Assembly: GCF_001194135.2 (NCBI RefSeq)
Contig: NC_068981.1
Span: 129,356,967 to 129,420,966, forward strand
Direction: 5' to 3'
Source of the DNA: Octopus bimaculoides
Lineage: Eukaryota
Length of the DNA: 64,000 nt
Positions 43,501 to 59,168 of the stretch are shown here, one piece after another (position 1 is the stretch's first letter; the number at the start of each line of letters is the position of its first letter). Position numbers and translations under genes: made by a program. The notes beneath the pieces were generated by a model, which ran no database searches, was not told the DNA's origin, and was given only the letters and a program-made list of their open reading frames with translations.

Positions 43501-46500
43501 GAGGAAGATTTAATAGTTGTAGCATATGACTCCACGAATTGGTGACCCCACTAGTGCTGGTGCTATAAAAAAAAATACCCAGTACACACTGTAAAGTGGT
43601 TGGCATTAGAAAAGGCATCCAGCTGTAGAAACCTTGCTAAAACAGACATTGGTGACCAACACAGTTGTCAGGATTGTCAGGCCCTGTTGAACCATCCAAC
43701 CCATACCAGTATAGAACATGGATGTTAAATATTGATAATGATGAATTGTAGCAATATAACACTGTGATTGGTGAAGGGTTCATTTATTAATTTCCAATAA
43801 TACGGTATTAAATGTGTGATGATTAGTCATTACTCATTAACAATATAACACTAAATGAAAGAGTGTCATTAATTGTTGGCAATAAAAAATCCCAAAGCAT
43901 ATCAAGTGGTTACCACATGGGTTACTAACCAGTGTAGCACTTTATATGAATATACCTCAAATTGCTAATTTTATCTAATATTTTGGTTATGTGGAATTAA
44001 AATGAAAGGAGTAAATTGCAAACAACTTGCAGAGAGAAGTGCTGCCAGTTGAAAGCTCTGCATGCTAGCAAGCTTATGGGGCAATCAGAAGAGAATGCAC
44101 GCTGTTTCAGGTTGGGCCTTCCTCTTGATGGTATCAGAGTGCACTGGCCCTCCTCACTGACATGAGAAATGGAAAAATAAAAAAAAAGGTCTGAACATTA
44201 TAATAGCATACCTGAAATTGAGTGACAATAAGGACTTGTCCAGAGAACATGCCTTCATATAGGGCAGCAGTGACATTCACACTGAACACAGCAATGTGGT
44301 AAGGTTTTAATATTAACTAGACAAAGAGAAATATAAAATTTTGAAATATTAACAATAAAAAAACGAACACAGGATGGTATATATAGCTTAAAACTTATGA
44401 AGAATGCAATGGTGTCATGTTATAAGAATCTAATGAAGGTTAGCTGAGAGTACCAAGAATTACAAATGAAAAAGGTTAACAATGAGAATTGTTACCAAAT
44501 ACTAGAAATGGTTGAAAGAATATTGCTCTGGTGCAGAGAATTCAGTTACATTTAAAGATGTAGAAAACACTGGGTTTGATAAGTGCTTAGCACTAGATCT
44601 ATGGTTTGAAGAGGATGGGAAAGATTTTACCTGAATTAGACCCCAGACTATCATGTGACATTTCTAGGAAAATCTGATGCCTATTTGTTGTAGTGAGGCA
44701 ATTTGAGATACAAAGTGTATACCTATATAAACATTTTCAATGGATTTAATTTCAAAACTTACAACATACAAATGACTTATCTACCCAGTCACTTCAATTT
44801 ATATAGTACGTTTGTCCAACCCATGCCAGCACTGAAGATGGACATTAAAAGATGGTGATGTTTTAGTTTATCACACATCTACATCTATGCACATAAATCT
44901 ATATGTAAAGTATATATAAAAAAAAAAAAAAATCAAACAAGATGCAATACCATTTCATTCAGACTCAATTATCCTGTTAAACAAATTCATGTATAAGAGG
45001 AAAAAATTAACTGAAAATATTTCCCTTTATTTCATGGCAGATAGTTGAGACTTCTAGTTTGTGGCTAAAGGAGCATTGATTAAAATATTAAAAATCTAAT
45101 TAAAGGAATCAAAGGCATATATGAAATAGTCAAGTTGGGAAAAATGTATATGTTTGTATACTGTGAAAATTTGCAAGCACTTGCATCTTTTCAACGCATA
45201 TACAATATAGCCAAATTTGCTAACTTAACCAACTGATTCCTGCTAATCCAAACTACAAATAATTTCCACAACTTCTTGTTATTTGCTAAATATGAAATAA
45301 TTAAAAGTATAATGAATATTTCAACAAATATATTAAGAAATTTCAATATATCCTGCAAAACTTTTTATACTTTCTTTCAAAGATCCGATCTCTAAAAGGC
45401 AAAAATTAAAAGGTTTGAGATATATAATCTAAGAATAAAGATATCAACTTTTTCCATTAACATTTAAGTCTAATGAAGTAGGAGCTGGTTTGGAATATAG
45501 AGAATTGTATAGCATTAACACATAAAAAGTAAATCTATAATGAACTCACTGGATCTGTGTCAATATCGGAAATGTTGTGAAATTTAGTAAGTGTTGTACC
45601 ATTGCCTTTTTCTATGCCAAGTAACTGTAAACTGCTCTGGTTCATACTGCAACTAAACTCTGCAATTACAATCTGGAGAAAAGTAAAGAACAATGAACAA
45701 ATCTAAAGGTGACAAGGTGATGCAAATGTAAGTAAGGCAATTGTCATAAGAGAAACGAGAGTACCTTCTTTTATAAAAAATGAATAAATAAAAATATTAT
45801 AATTAAAATTCAGATATCAAAAGTAGACTAATGTACAATATAACTAAATTTATCAAGTGAGGTTATAATTCAAGTCACTTGTCACTCTTATATTACTAGT
45901 GTTTACATGTGCACTAACAAAATTCCTAGTGAAACAAGATAGAGTAGGTTCTAACTGAAAAATAGTTATGCAGTTATTCAGATGGAAATTGACAAAATAC
46001 TTACATTTACTGGATTGTTATTTTGTATTGTAAATGTTATACTACGGTGTTCCCCAACCCCTGTTGTGCCAAAATCAAGTTGACCCTTGGACTTTTCTGG
46101 TCGATGATGTATGACCTACAAAAAATAGACAAAAATACAATGAAAAACAGACAAGAAAAAAAACAAAAGAATGCACTAGAATATTAACTAGTTACTGTTG
46201 AATGGACATAAATGAGAAAATGTGGTTTGCTTACCTTAAGAAGACCACTGTATACGATGATAGGAATACTGAAGCTAGATGCATTTGTCTGAATGATTAT
46301 TTGAGAGGTGAAATGAAGTGATGTAGTGTTTGGATGGAAATGCAACAAAAATGGCACTAGAATCTCCTGGGGACGAATTATCACAGGCTTAGAGAAGTTT
46401 CTGATCTGAATAAAACAGAATATTAAGAAAGTTAAAGACACCACTGATAATATTACTAAAATAAAAATACACTGATAACTACTGGAGTAGATGTTCTCTA

Positions 46501-49500
46501 TATCATTACAAGTTGTATATTCTTACAAATATATTACAAAGCACAACTGTTTTACATGGTAGCAAACAACTGAATATTTATAATCCATCTTTAAGGGAAT
46601 GATTCACTGCAGCACTTGTTTTTTAATTTAGTTCTAGTCATAGCAATACACTTAGACACTATTGCAATGTTATTTTAAAATCTCTTGAGTTTTTAATACT
46701 AACACAAGCACATCGAAAATTGTCACTGGAGATCCACACACACACCTTTGTAAGAAACTATGAAAAATTACAGTTATCTACAACTAACTGACTGACCTCT
46801 AGCAGTTACCATTAAAACATTCAAGCATTTCAATATTGTATAGCAACCAGGTGCCTTACAGCCCAACATTATCACATTACCTCATATACAAATACTATAT
46901 GGTAGAAGGTACATTTTCACCCAAGAGAAGATAATAGCGTATTTCATGTGCAGAGTCTATGGATTACTACTTTCAACCTGTAGCCTCTGCACCATATTCT
47001 TTCTTGAGCCAAACTGATTGGGGTTGATTAACAATCACACTATAAAGTGCAAGTTTACAAAATATTTTCTTTTCCTTCACTTTTGCCAGAATGAGTAACC
47101 TTTGTAAACATAGGGTTGTCCAAATTTAAACTTGTGGTAGCGTTAATTAAATTGACCAAGCAGAGCTTCCAATGAGATCTCACAAACTTCATAAAAGTGA
47201 ATTTTGAGGACATATTTATACACACACACACACACATAGTACAAATACTGTAATATAGATTTCTCAGACACAAACACCTGAGAACAGTATCTCGCAAGGG
47301 CAAAATGCTTATAGTTGGATATAAACCAATAACTCCTGGCACACCTGATCTACTTTACCATGCGATCATGAAGCTGCTCCAGCTGGAAATCAAGTCTGAG
47401 ATGTAATGGCAAAGTGCTAAAAATGTTATACTAATAATACTAAAAAGTTTTCTGAGCAAGTTCCTTTTTATAAAGGTCAAAAGTATAGCTGATTAACTTG
47501 TCCTTATAATATTACTAGTATTAACCTCAGTAGGATGAAATCTAATTCAGTACCACAGGATTCTTAATTTACTTTAAAATCATCAGTAATAATAATCTAA
47601 GTTATCCTGTTAGTCATACCTTTATATAAAAGGGTTCTGCATTGCTAAGAAATGCTCATTGTTAATGCTTTCAAACACAGAAGAACAAGATAGAGTGTAT
47701 TATAGATATAATATAGTTACTGCATTTATAAAGCATTAAAGACAAAATTAAGTATTCAAAAATTATGAACTTGAAAATATTAAAACGTTTTAAATTTAAC
47801 TTTAAAAAAATAAAATGTATGGAATATATCTAGGAATATGACAACAGCATGAGGGTGGAATGATCCTCCCTAACAAATAACAACAACAATATAAAAAGAA
47901 AGATATTCCCAAAACAAAAGCACTTTTCAAATACTCACTGAAAAATATTTGTGTATACCATGTGGAAGGCTAACATTATATATGACTATAGAGAAGTTAA
48001 AAGTATTAGTAAAGGCCAGCGATCTGGTATGGTTTCTCATAAATGAGCCACTGTAAAAGTGAGTGCTGTTTGCATTGTAGACTAATGACCTGAAGTAGAG
48101 AGCAAAAAAAAGTTTGTAGAGAAATAATTACAAAAGTTTATTTAATTGAATATCAATTCCAACTAAAAATAAAGAAGTGTCATATCAAATACATACCCAT
48201 GAAGTACATTTACTTGGTAAGGGATAGACAATTTATTCATATTATGTTTGGATTTTACAACAATTTTTCCAGACCACTGTCTAGGATTTAAAGCTTTAGT
48301 GGCTGGAAAGAAAGAAAAAAAATTTTCTGAAAAATTGTTTTGAAAAAGTAAAATATACTAATCTACTTATTATTTATCTAAATGTCTAGTTTTACAGAAA
48401 TGTAAAATATATCTTCGACTAATATTTTTTGTACATAAATCTTGATATCACATCATCTCATCAGAGAAGTCCTATTTCAAATCTGCCTTGCCCTAGCTTT
48501 GCTTTGCTTTCTCAATATCATCACTATCAGCATATGCCACCTACAGCTAACACAATCGCCCCTTTTGCTTACACTAGAAATGTATTTTGTACATTGGTTT
48601 TTAGTAAATTACTTCCACTCAACCTATCTCTTAGAAACATTTGTTGTTTCTCCTTTATATACAACATCATCCTTTAACGTTCATTTTCCATGCTGGCATG
48701 GGTTGAATGGTTTGACCAGAACTGGCAAGCAGGAGAGCTGCACCAGGTTCCAGTCTGATTTGGTTTGGATTCTATGGCTGGATGTCCTTTCTAATGCCAA
48801 TCCTTTACAGAGCATGCTGGGTGCTTTTAATGAGTACACACACAAAAAGTTAAGGAGTAGAAAAGTTTAATTTGTATTGAATGAAATTATTAAGAGGATG
48901 CAAATTAGCAGTCAGAGTAAGGGAAAGAATAACTTGTAGTAGCTGTTCTATCTCTCAGCAATCTGAGTTCAAATTCTGCTGAGGTCAATTTTACTTTTCA
49001 TCCTTTTGAGGTTAATAAAAAAAAGTATAAATCCAGGGCAGTGGATTGATAGAACTGTTAGTGATATCTGTTCTGGGATTTTGTTTTCTGACAGCAACAC
49101 TTGTGATGATACCGGGACGAAGCTGCATTAGCCCTAAAATGGTGGATTTCCCTTGGGACAACATCAGTGGCATCAATAGAGAAGACTTGCATGTACAAGC
49201 AGTTGCCAGTCTTTAGGAAAAATCTTAGCCCATGCCTGTACATGCAAATTACATGGTCAACCCTCACTGATAGAAGCCTTGGAAATTATCAACTAAGTAG
49301 GATACACAAGTTTTTGTGGCAACTATAAAATTAAAATTAGCATTACTAAATTAAACAGAAATATACCCACAATACAAGTTGTTGTCATGCAAAAATCGTG
49401 ATAAAAGCTTTCAATGTTAGTATCACTGGAAATCTCACATTACCAATTTCATTTATCCGATGTCAAATTTTGAAATTGGTGCCCAGTCTCCTAAAAGCAT

Positions 49501-50224
49501 TTTAAAAACAAGTTCAATTATTTTACATAGCTGTTAACTACAAGATTTGGTAAAATGGTAGTAATAGAACTGCTCGGGTGCTGAACTATTTGCTTGATAC
49601 TGCTAGATAATTTACTTTATCACCATCAGTTTGAGGCTATCTACCTTGGCATTTCTAAGTGAAATAGTTATAATAAAGAGAATGAAATTGAATGGCAAAT
49701 ACCTGATCTAACAATATACACAACTGTGTTAGTAGATCAATTATGGAAGGATGTATGAAAAATAATACCTCTAAATGTAATCTGGGCTACTGCTACACGA
49801 CGTAATACATCTGGTTGTAGTTTCATAGGTCGGAATTCTACAGATATAGCATCATTTGGAGGTGATAAGGAAACACCCTGAAAAACAGGACAAGAAATTT
49901 CTCAAGCTTTTTATGTGATCCTAACTGAAACGTTTTGATAGAAATAAAATAGCTTAAAGATTTAAGAAAATATATACATTTTTACTATTATGTTAAACTG
50001 TTGTATGTCCAATGTTGGCCCAATGTGTTCTCACATGCATACACACACAAAATGTGTAGGCATGGTTGTGCAGTTAAGAAGTTTCCATAACATGATTCTG
50101 GTCTCAGTCCATTCTGCAGCACCTTGGATAAGTGTCCTCTACTATTACACTTGGCCAACCAATTCCTTATAAATATGGTAGATGGAAAGTATACAAAGCC
50201 TGCAGTTTCTATATGTTTATTTAC

Positions 50225-50265
<41 letters not shown>

Positions 50266-53200
50266 NNNNNNNNNNNNNNNNNNNNNNNNNNNNNNNNNNN
50301 NNNNNNNNNNNNNNNNNNNNNNNNNNNNNCACATATAGAAAAAATTAGTAAGTAAATACATGATAAATAAGTATAATAAAATACAAAGTAAAAATCATAA
50401 AATAATGATAATAAAACGACTACACGTGTTTCATAACCAAGTTTTCAAATAGAAAATAAAATACATTCAAATCGATTAAATCGATCGAAAATCAATTCTA
50501 TTAAAAAATATAGCTAATCTTCAGGTCAAAATACAACAATAATAAAAAAAGGAATGTATATATATATATCAACCAACAACAAATAACAAATGAATGTATA
50601 TAAAAATACTTATTATATTAAGATAGAAAAATGTTAAACAATATTATTAAAAAGAAATTTAATACTAATCTTATTGAAAATTATAAACGTGACATTATTA
50701 ACTTTACGTTTATTAGAATATAAACAAACAGAAATATTAAATGCAAATCTTATCTTAACGAATCTTTCATTTAAAATACAATTTAAACGCAGTTTTAGGT
50801 TAAACTGAAATTATAAACGTAAAATAAATAACTAATTTTAATATAAACTAACAAAAAATTAATTTATATAAAAATAATTATATCACCATTAAATAAAAGA
50901 AAAAACATTTAACAAAATTATTGAAAAGAAATTCAAAATTTATCTAATCTAAGTTAATAGTATAAAGTTTATCATTTTAGTTTAAACCAAAACTTCGATT
51001 AGATTAGTGTTGCATTTATTTCCAATAATATTGTTTAATATTTCTTTTTGATTTATGGGATAAATAAGTAGGTTTTTTTTTATATAATTTCTTTATTAGT
51101 TAATATTCTAATTAAGGTTAAGAGTACAACATTAAAAATTTTATTTAAACTAAAGATTCGATTAGATAAATTTTACAAAATACATTTTTGTTTATACTAT
51201 ACAAACATAAAATGAAAGACTATGTGAGAAAAGAAACTAGAGAAAATGGTGACAAAGAGCAAAAGAATAAAAAGGAAATTAATAATAGATTGTTACTTGC
51301 AATGAATAAATAATAATGTTTATATACAAGTAACCATGTTTAAGCTGTTACAGTTTTGTTCATGTTGGAATAGAAGAGAAGAGGTCTTATGATTGGAATG
51401 TAAGATCTCATTTTAAGTAAAAGCGATTTCTAAGAAGTTTACTTTGGATAATTAACTCTGTGTTTAGAAGGTCTGATGTAGGTGGAGGTCTTTAATCAGC
51501 ACAAATGGAAAACAATGTAAAAGACAAAAAATTCACTCACTGTAACATGAACAGGCCTTGAGCCTGTGTTTACCAGATTCAGCTGTACTGTTTGAGGTTC
51601 ATCTAAAGTTCGTAGAATACCAAAATCAATCATCTCTACTGGAGAATATATACCAGGAGCTGCAGTTATAAATAATACAAAATATTACAGTTACTAAGTA
51701 GCAGATGTCAAATACTGGGTTTTATTTAAAACAAATATTAATTTCATACTTGAAAAAAGGGTCACAGTTCACATATAAACTGTAGGCAAAATAGTGGAGA
51801 GTTTTTTTGATGATGTTAGAGTTTTTATCTCCTATCAAATTTATCCCATTTCATCGTTGTTGTCACTCACTATCAGAAAGAGATGGGTGAACAAGGAAAA
51901 AAAAAAAAGAAGAAGTCTACCAGCACCATCAGAGCCAGGTTTCCTTTTATTTCTAAAAACATATTTAAGATACCTCAGTTTCTCCAGCTATCAAAAACAG
52001 GTACTACACTTTTCTGGGAAGGTTAATTGCAACCATTAAACATTTTATGAGATGGAAATGGCTTTTACCGGTTTGATATTACAAAAACTGGGGCTAAACA
52101 CTGTCCTACAGATCTTTGTGATTCATAAAAAGGATTAACTATTTTAAAGTTAGGATAGCAAGAGAATGGCACGTTTTTCCAGATGACTCCAAACTCACAA
52201 GCATTTAATTTGTAGTAGTACAACACATTAAGGAAATTGTGCAATATCATCAAACACAAGAAGTTCATCAATCATTGCAAACACTGCAAAATGAACACAC
52301 AAAAGAAAAGGATGCTTTTAAGCATGCAGTTTTCAAGTTCATGACTAATTGAAGCTAGGCTTCCTCCTTAATTTTCAACATCCACCAAAATCCACGAATC
52401 CTCAACCACGATTGCTCTATAAGTAGCACCCTTGAAGGTAAACCAACAACCACAGTAACCAAGTGTGAAAACCTTCATGTAAACTACATTACTACTAGCC
52501 TCTACATGGTCATTCGACCTGCTAGAAATAACAGCTAAAATTGCCAAAAATCCCATTCTACTACTATACAAAGAGTGAAGACATTGAAGAATGTAGTCCT
52601 TGACTAGATTTGGCATTAGGAAGGGCATCCAGCTGTAGAAACTCTGCCAAATTAGATTGGAGCCTGGTGTAGCCAACCGGTTGCACCAGTCCTCAGTCAA
52701 ATCGTCCAACCCATGCTAGCATGGAAAGCGGACGTTAAACGATGATGATGATGATGATTCAATCCTGTTGAGAATAGTCACAGCTGGAATGCTTTTGTTT
52801 ATAGATATACTCAATCAGAGCAAACTTAAAGCTGAACAATCTTCTAGCTCTTATTTTCACCAACAATAATCATTTCTCTCTAGTGCCTATTTATGTGTAA
52901 CTGCTACAATTAATAACAATATGTGATGGTGTGCCCCAACCACTGAAAAGCAGCCTCTATGACTCAACTACCCTCACTTCAAACATATCAAAAGTGATAA
53001 AACAAGCAATTAACTATTTTCTTTATGACATTGAATCACTTTCTTTTCCTAGTGATAACCAAAAGCTTCTGAAAAGCTACTATGTCAGGCATGTATGTGT
53101 GTGTGTGTGTGTGTTTCTTTTCCAAGTACTTCAGTAAAAGTAATTGCTGCTCAAGTCAACAGTGAAACGTTTAACTGTAGCTTGCAGAACCTCCAAGCAA

Positions 53201-56200
53201 AGTTACCCATCTATCTCATTTATTGTCAGAAGTCTACATCTAGAGAGCCCCATTGTAGCAGAGCATTAAAAGAAATGTCATTTTGAGATGATCCTGTTTT
53301 TTTTCTTGCCAAATAAATATACATACTATATATTCCTTCTTCACTTGTTTATTATTGTTGTTATTTTATGTCCATTGTCTGGAAATCTTTTGTCACTTTT
53401 TCTGTGACCTCTTCAGTGACTCTCCATCTCATGTCTCCTGTTCTGTTTAGTCTATTGTTAAAAATTTTTTTTTTCCAGAACACATTCTACTAATTTCAGA
53501 GTTTATGTCTCACACTTTCCTCTTATGCAGACAATACAGCACTTCACTCCTAACAGATTTGTATGATTTTTTTGAAACTACAAACACTATCTCTGATTAC
53601 GTAACAATTATGTCATTTCCAAAAGTACCAAAACTCATTCACTACACATACTAATGAAGTAATATTGCAACACTAAACCCACTTTTTTCATGAACAGTAC
53701 ACTGTTAAAATCCTTAAACTCGATACAAATATTAAACCGCAATCTTAGTCAATGTAACCACTCGGTAATATTGCATAAACTAGGATCAGAAAATCAAATG
53801 CTCACATTTTTAAAATTTCAAGCACAACCCACAGACTACACTTAAAAATATCTGTGATGGTGTAGATGCTACAAAATATTCAAGAGAAGATCATATGACT
53901 GATTAATAAAGATACTCTAACCAACAAGTTACAAATTAGTCCTAGTTTCCTGTATCTTTTTTTTTTTTAACTTCTTTAATGGCTTCTGCTCAACTAAACT
54001 GTGTTATCACACATCCAAGCCAAATTGATACACCTGCTTCATCTAACCCCCTTGGTGTGTGCCACCTTACAAGCCTTGCATTAACCCTCCTCCCCTCATA
54101 CTCTGTATATATACCTTCTCATTATTTCTTCTGCAATATTTCCTCTTCTAATTTAAATGCTGAGTACCACACCCAGATAATGCAATCCATTTCTTTTTCT
54201 CTCATCATCCCTTCTGTTTTGCCCTGTACCAAACACTACTCAAACATTTATCCCTAGAATTACTATGATTGGGAACTGTCATCCAGTTTATTATCCTCTA
54301 AAATCTAAAATGCTAACATCAACTGCCTTAGTCTCACTAGTCTGGGAAGGGTTTTACTAAAGGCAAGAGTACTTTTCCTCTACTCTTAGCAAAAAATCTT
54401 TTAAAAGAAAACTGCCTACCTGAGGTAACCTCCACTTCGACAGGAAGTATTAATACACCTCGAATATGCTCATGATTTGTTTTGATACGTATAAAAGCTG
54501 TATGGTTGGTTTCTACTCTTCCTATAAAGTTGGCCCGCATTACAGGTTTTGTTTCATATGGTGGAATTTCCTAAAGTGACAGAAAGAAAACATTAGCTGA
54601 AATGCAGCTGGATATCAACTTAAAAATCAACAAGCAGAAATGAACAAAGTGCATGAAATGATTACATGATCAGTAAGAATGACTAGTTAAGAGCTTCTAA
54701 CCATTTTAGACACTGTGTTTGTGTTTTATTAGCCCTTTAGCATTTTAACCCACCATATCCAGCCAAAATATTCTACCTGTTTTATGTTCTAACTGGTCAG
54801 ATTTGGCCTCTCACACCAACCCTACATTATCATTCTAAAATTTAAAAGTTATCTCATTGAACTCTCAAAGTTACAAAATAATTTATAATTAATTTAAAAC
54901 AATGTGAATAAGCATTACTTTGACAAAATAATGTGAATGCTAAAGGGTTAAATGTGTACAAAATCTACCAGCCACCTGATCATTAACTAATCAGGTGACC
55001 ATATAAGCCAGATTGACTTCATACTCATCAAGAAATTGAACAGGCAACTTAAGAAAGCACCTTACAATGTACACTGGTAATCATCAAACTATGGATAAGA
55101 GCATGATGGACTACAATACACTAGATGGTCAGACAAAAGGGTGATACAGAAAGATTCTTTGGCCAGATATAAGTTCAAAGATGTATTAGTCAAAGCATTT
55201 GACAAGAAGGAGCAAGTAGAAACAAATGCTAAAAGTCTGGAAAGAGTGGAAAGAAAAAGAGAGCAAAGAACAGTATCAATTAGCTAAAAGAGAAGTGAAA
55301 CAGATGACTGTTTGCACATGTTCTGCAATGTGAAGACCAGAAGTGTGAAGCATTCTGGATTGCAAAACAGTGTGCCAGTGTGAATTGAGATGTAACTGGG
55401 AAACAGTGTGGGTAGAATAACAATATTGAAAAGAAAGAGAAAGAAATATTATAAGAGTTTGTTGAAGGAGACTGATTAGAAAAGAGATGATCTTCAAGTA
55501 GATTCAACAAAGAGACCAGCTGTATGGTTGAGAGTTTTGATTAAGAATGAAGGCAACCAAGACAGCTGTAATATCAAGAGTGAAGTTGTTGCTGAAATGT
55601 AGACAATAACATCTGGCATTAGCCACTTGCATTGTCAATGAAGTAGGACAGATAGGTGAGCCAATGACTGTAGTAGCATCAAAATGAAGCAGCAACTACA
55701 AAGGCATCAAAATGTTGGGTCAGATTTTGAAAGAGTACTAATTATGAAAAAGAATTAGTTTTGACAAGATATAGTGTGGGTTAGTGCTGGGATGGTGTAC
55801 CACCAATGACCTCTTAGTGAAATAATAGAACGTTTTTAACAAAGAATAAGTCCCTCAATCTAGCATTTGTTGACCTGGAGAAGGCTTTGATAGAGTTCTA
55901 TGTGCTGTAGCTTGGTAGTTCCGAAGAAAACTAGGTGCAGATAACTGGTGAGTCATACGAGTCACCTAAAGAAAAATCCTCAGCAAGGTGCAGATCAAGA
56001 ACAAGTTCAGTGAAGAATTTATGTAAATAGGTGTCCTTCAAGGATCAGGTTTGAGCTATTGTGCTCTGGGGTATAGCAAGAGTACTCTTCCTGTGGGAGG
56101 TCCTATATGTTTATGACTTAGTTCATTTAGCTGATTCTGCCAAAGAATAAAAAAATAAAAAAAAAAAGAATTTTCAAATGTTGAAGCAAAGGCCAGAATG

Positions 56201-59133
56201 AAAGCCTCAAAATAAAACCAAGCAAAGACAAAAGTTCTAGTTAGCAGGGAAGAAGGCAGGACTAATGCCATCAGTGAAATAGACATACTTGATATGTAGA
56301 GAGGGAGTAGGCAGGCATTCTTTACGGAGTATCCGGTGTAAATTACAGCTTTAAAAATGGGTATAGTGCTAGCAAAGACAAGCTGACAGAAAAGGTCAAC
56401 TTACAAATACAGCAGATGTACAGGAATAGCTAACATTAACAGTGTATGACAAACTCCTTTAAATGCTCAGAAGGCTCCCTACTCATAATTGATAGCTTTT
56501 GTTACCTAGGTGATCTAATTAGCAGTGGAGAGGGTTGCTCCAAGAGCATAGAGGCCAGAATAAGAACAAGACTGAAAAAATTCTCTCGAGTGAAAGGAAG
56601 TAACACTGAATCTATGCCAGCATGGAAACATGGATGTAAAAATAAAGACAATGTGCTAAGATTTTACTTATAAAAATTTCTTGTGTGTTGAAATTTTACT
56701 TTTGGTTATCATTAAAGTGATTGAAAAATTTCTAAAATTCTACAGAAATTTTTGGAGACAAAACATTTTCCATTCATTAAGACGAAATAATTATGATGAG
56801 TATAAAGAGTGATAGTCACTTCTACTGATTACACTATAAAGCAAAATCATATTTGACACTTTTATAATTTTTAAATATATATATATTACATCACATTAGA
56901 ATTAGCAGTTAATGGAAAACTTTATAAAGTGTATAAATAATATAAAGAGTTTACAGTTGAAAACACCAACTGGGTTACAGATCTTTTGATTTCACCAAGA
57001 ACTTACTAAGAATATTCTCTAAAACTTTTTTTTTTTTTTTTTTACAGAGTCTCAGATTTATATTAGGAAAGTGATAAATTGTTACATTTTGATAAAATAT
57101 ATTTTAAAAGAAAATATTTTTAAGTGGAAATGTAAATTCCATCACAAAACTGGCTTGCTGAAACTTACTGATGGTACCACAACCTGTAGTATGTGACAAT
57201 AAAAATCAAAAGAGATTCCTTACCCACAATGATGTTATAGCCTCTCTGTCTCCCGTCGGGAGTTCTAAGTGCAGATCCCCAGCACTTGAGAACATTCCCA
57301 CAACCTAATTAAAAGAGAGAAGAAAAAAAGAAAGAACATCAAGCACAGTTCAAATTGAGGAACATTTTTTTTAACCCCTTGCCGATGGGAAGTGGTAGTG
57401 ACTGCATCAAAATACTATGTGAGCAATGTGAGGTCTCGCTCTTAGCAGCTTTATACCAGTACACAGCACAGACTGTCAGTACTAAATCCATCTGCAAGGA
57501 GTTAAAATATTCATAACAGCAGTTTTTATACATGACAAAATAAAGTCAATCCACCCCTACACGTTTCCATCAATTACCAACACATATTTCATTATAGATT
57601 CACCCTACCTTTGTTCATCATTCAGTATATTCACTTCACATCCTCATGTCTTATCACCCCCNNNNNNNNNNCTTTCTTGTTCTGCTCCCATCCACTCTTG
57701 TATAATATGAGCAGCCATGTATCTCTGCTACAGAAAGAAACCTGGCCTACTCCCCATTTACTTCATACTGTAACCCTTCACTACCTAGCACAAAGCTGTC
57801 TCCCTCTCTACTGCAGCCCCACTTGGCTGATGGGGATCTTAGCCTTGCAAGCTCCATGGCAACCTCACTAGTGCTTATGCAATGCCAAAAGAAGAAAAAA
57901 TAACCCCATTATTTGTAAAGAGGTTGGAGTTAAGGTCATCCAGTATTAGAAACCATGCCAAAGCAGACATTGGAGTAAGAGGCAGTTCTTTGGACTTATC
58001 GAACTGTCCAACCGAAGCCAGTATGGAAGATAGAAATGAAAGAAAAAAATATGATAAAGTCAGTAATGGTGTTCTTGAAGCTGAAGCACAACTGAAAATT
58101 TTGGATTAATGGAGGATAACTAACTAGAATGATGCCATGATGTTATCTTCAGCTTAATGCAAGGAAATAAGCTCAAGCCAGCATTGATTATACAGTGATG
58201 AAATGTACCACCTTATGATACCCATTTACAATAGGAATAAACAATTGAAATTTCATTTCTTTCTCTAGAATACAATACATCACTCTTATTAAAACGGGAA
58301 TCAAGACTTCAGCTGGATTGACATCTTTTTCTTCACATTAATCAACTTTAAACTGTTACTAAAACAACTGTTGGATATTTCCATCATGAGTGAAAATTAC
58401 AAAGTTAATAGCTATTAGATGAGACAGAACTCATTAAGATGTATTTTCTAATCAAAAACTTTTTCAAGTGATGTGCTGTTCACATACTGATATGAAATTA
58501 AGTGATTCCATTTGGAAATTGAAACTATGCACTTGCATAATACATGTGAGAGTGTGTTGAGAATTTCTCAACATTTTTAGAGGTACAATATGTAATGCCT
58601 GCAGTAGGAGAGGAACATAAAACCTGAAGTCATTGCTGAAATCAGTGAATTATTCATGGCATCACTGAAGTAAATAAGTGAAAAGAATTTTTATTCAACA
58701 TTTTGCTGAAAATATAGAAAAATAACTACCTGGAGAGTTGAACTGTGTGGATTATGCATTTCAATTAAAGAAGAAAAGCTACTATTCAAGGGGACTTTGG
58801 CACCCAAATACGGTCGAAGCCTATAAGGATTTGGAATTCCAACTCCAAACACCTGCAAGAAAAATATAAAATACATTTTATATAAAAACTGGAAGCTGTA
58901 CTCAGGCTTACCTGGGTTTATAGAAAGTATCTCAAAAAGTCACACTGCATATAACCTAATCCCTGAAAATGTGTCCCTATGCAAAATTTTAGATACCCAA
59001 GTGCAAAACTGCAGCCTATGACACAAATATTACAGGCACACACATGTATACACACACACACACACATATATATATATACACATACTTACAAGTATACACA
59101 TGCATGTGCGTGCACAAACATACACAGAGTAGG

Positions 59134-59168
<35 letters not shown>

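Noticed and set aside
49058-49267. 69-aa minus ORF as candidate TMEM131 exon
   Set aside because: No similarity to the expected peptide; the true exons at 49769-49877 and 48197-48302 join in phase
50340-51300. NUMT call
   Set aside because: No mitochondrial gene motif could be recognised by eye
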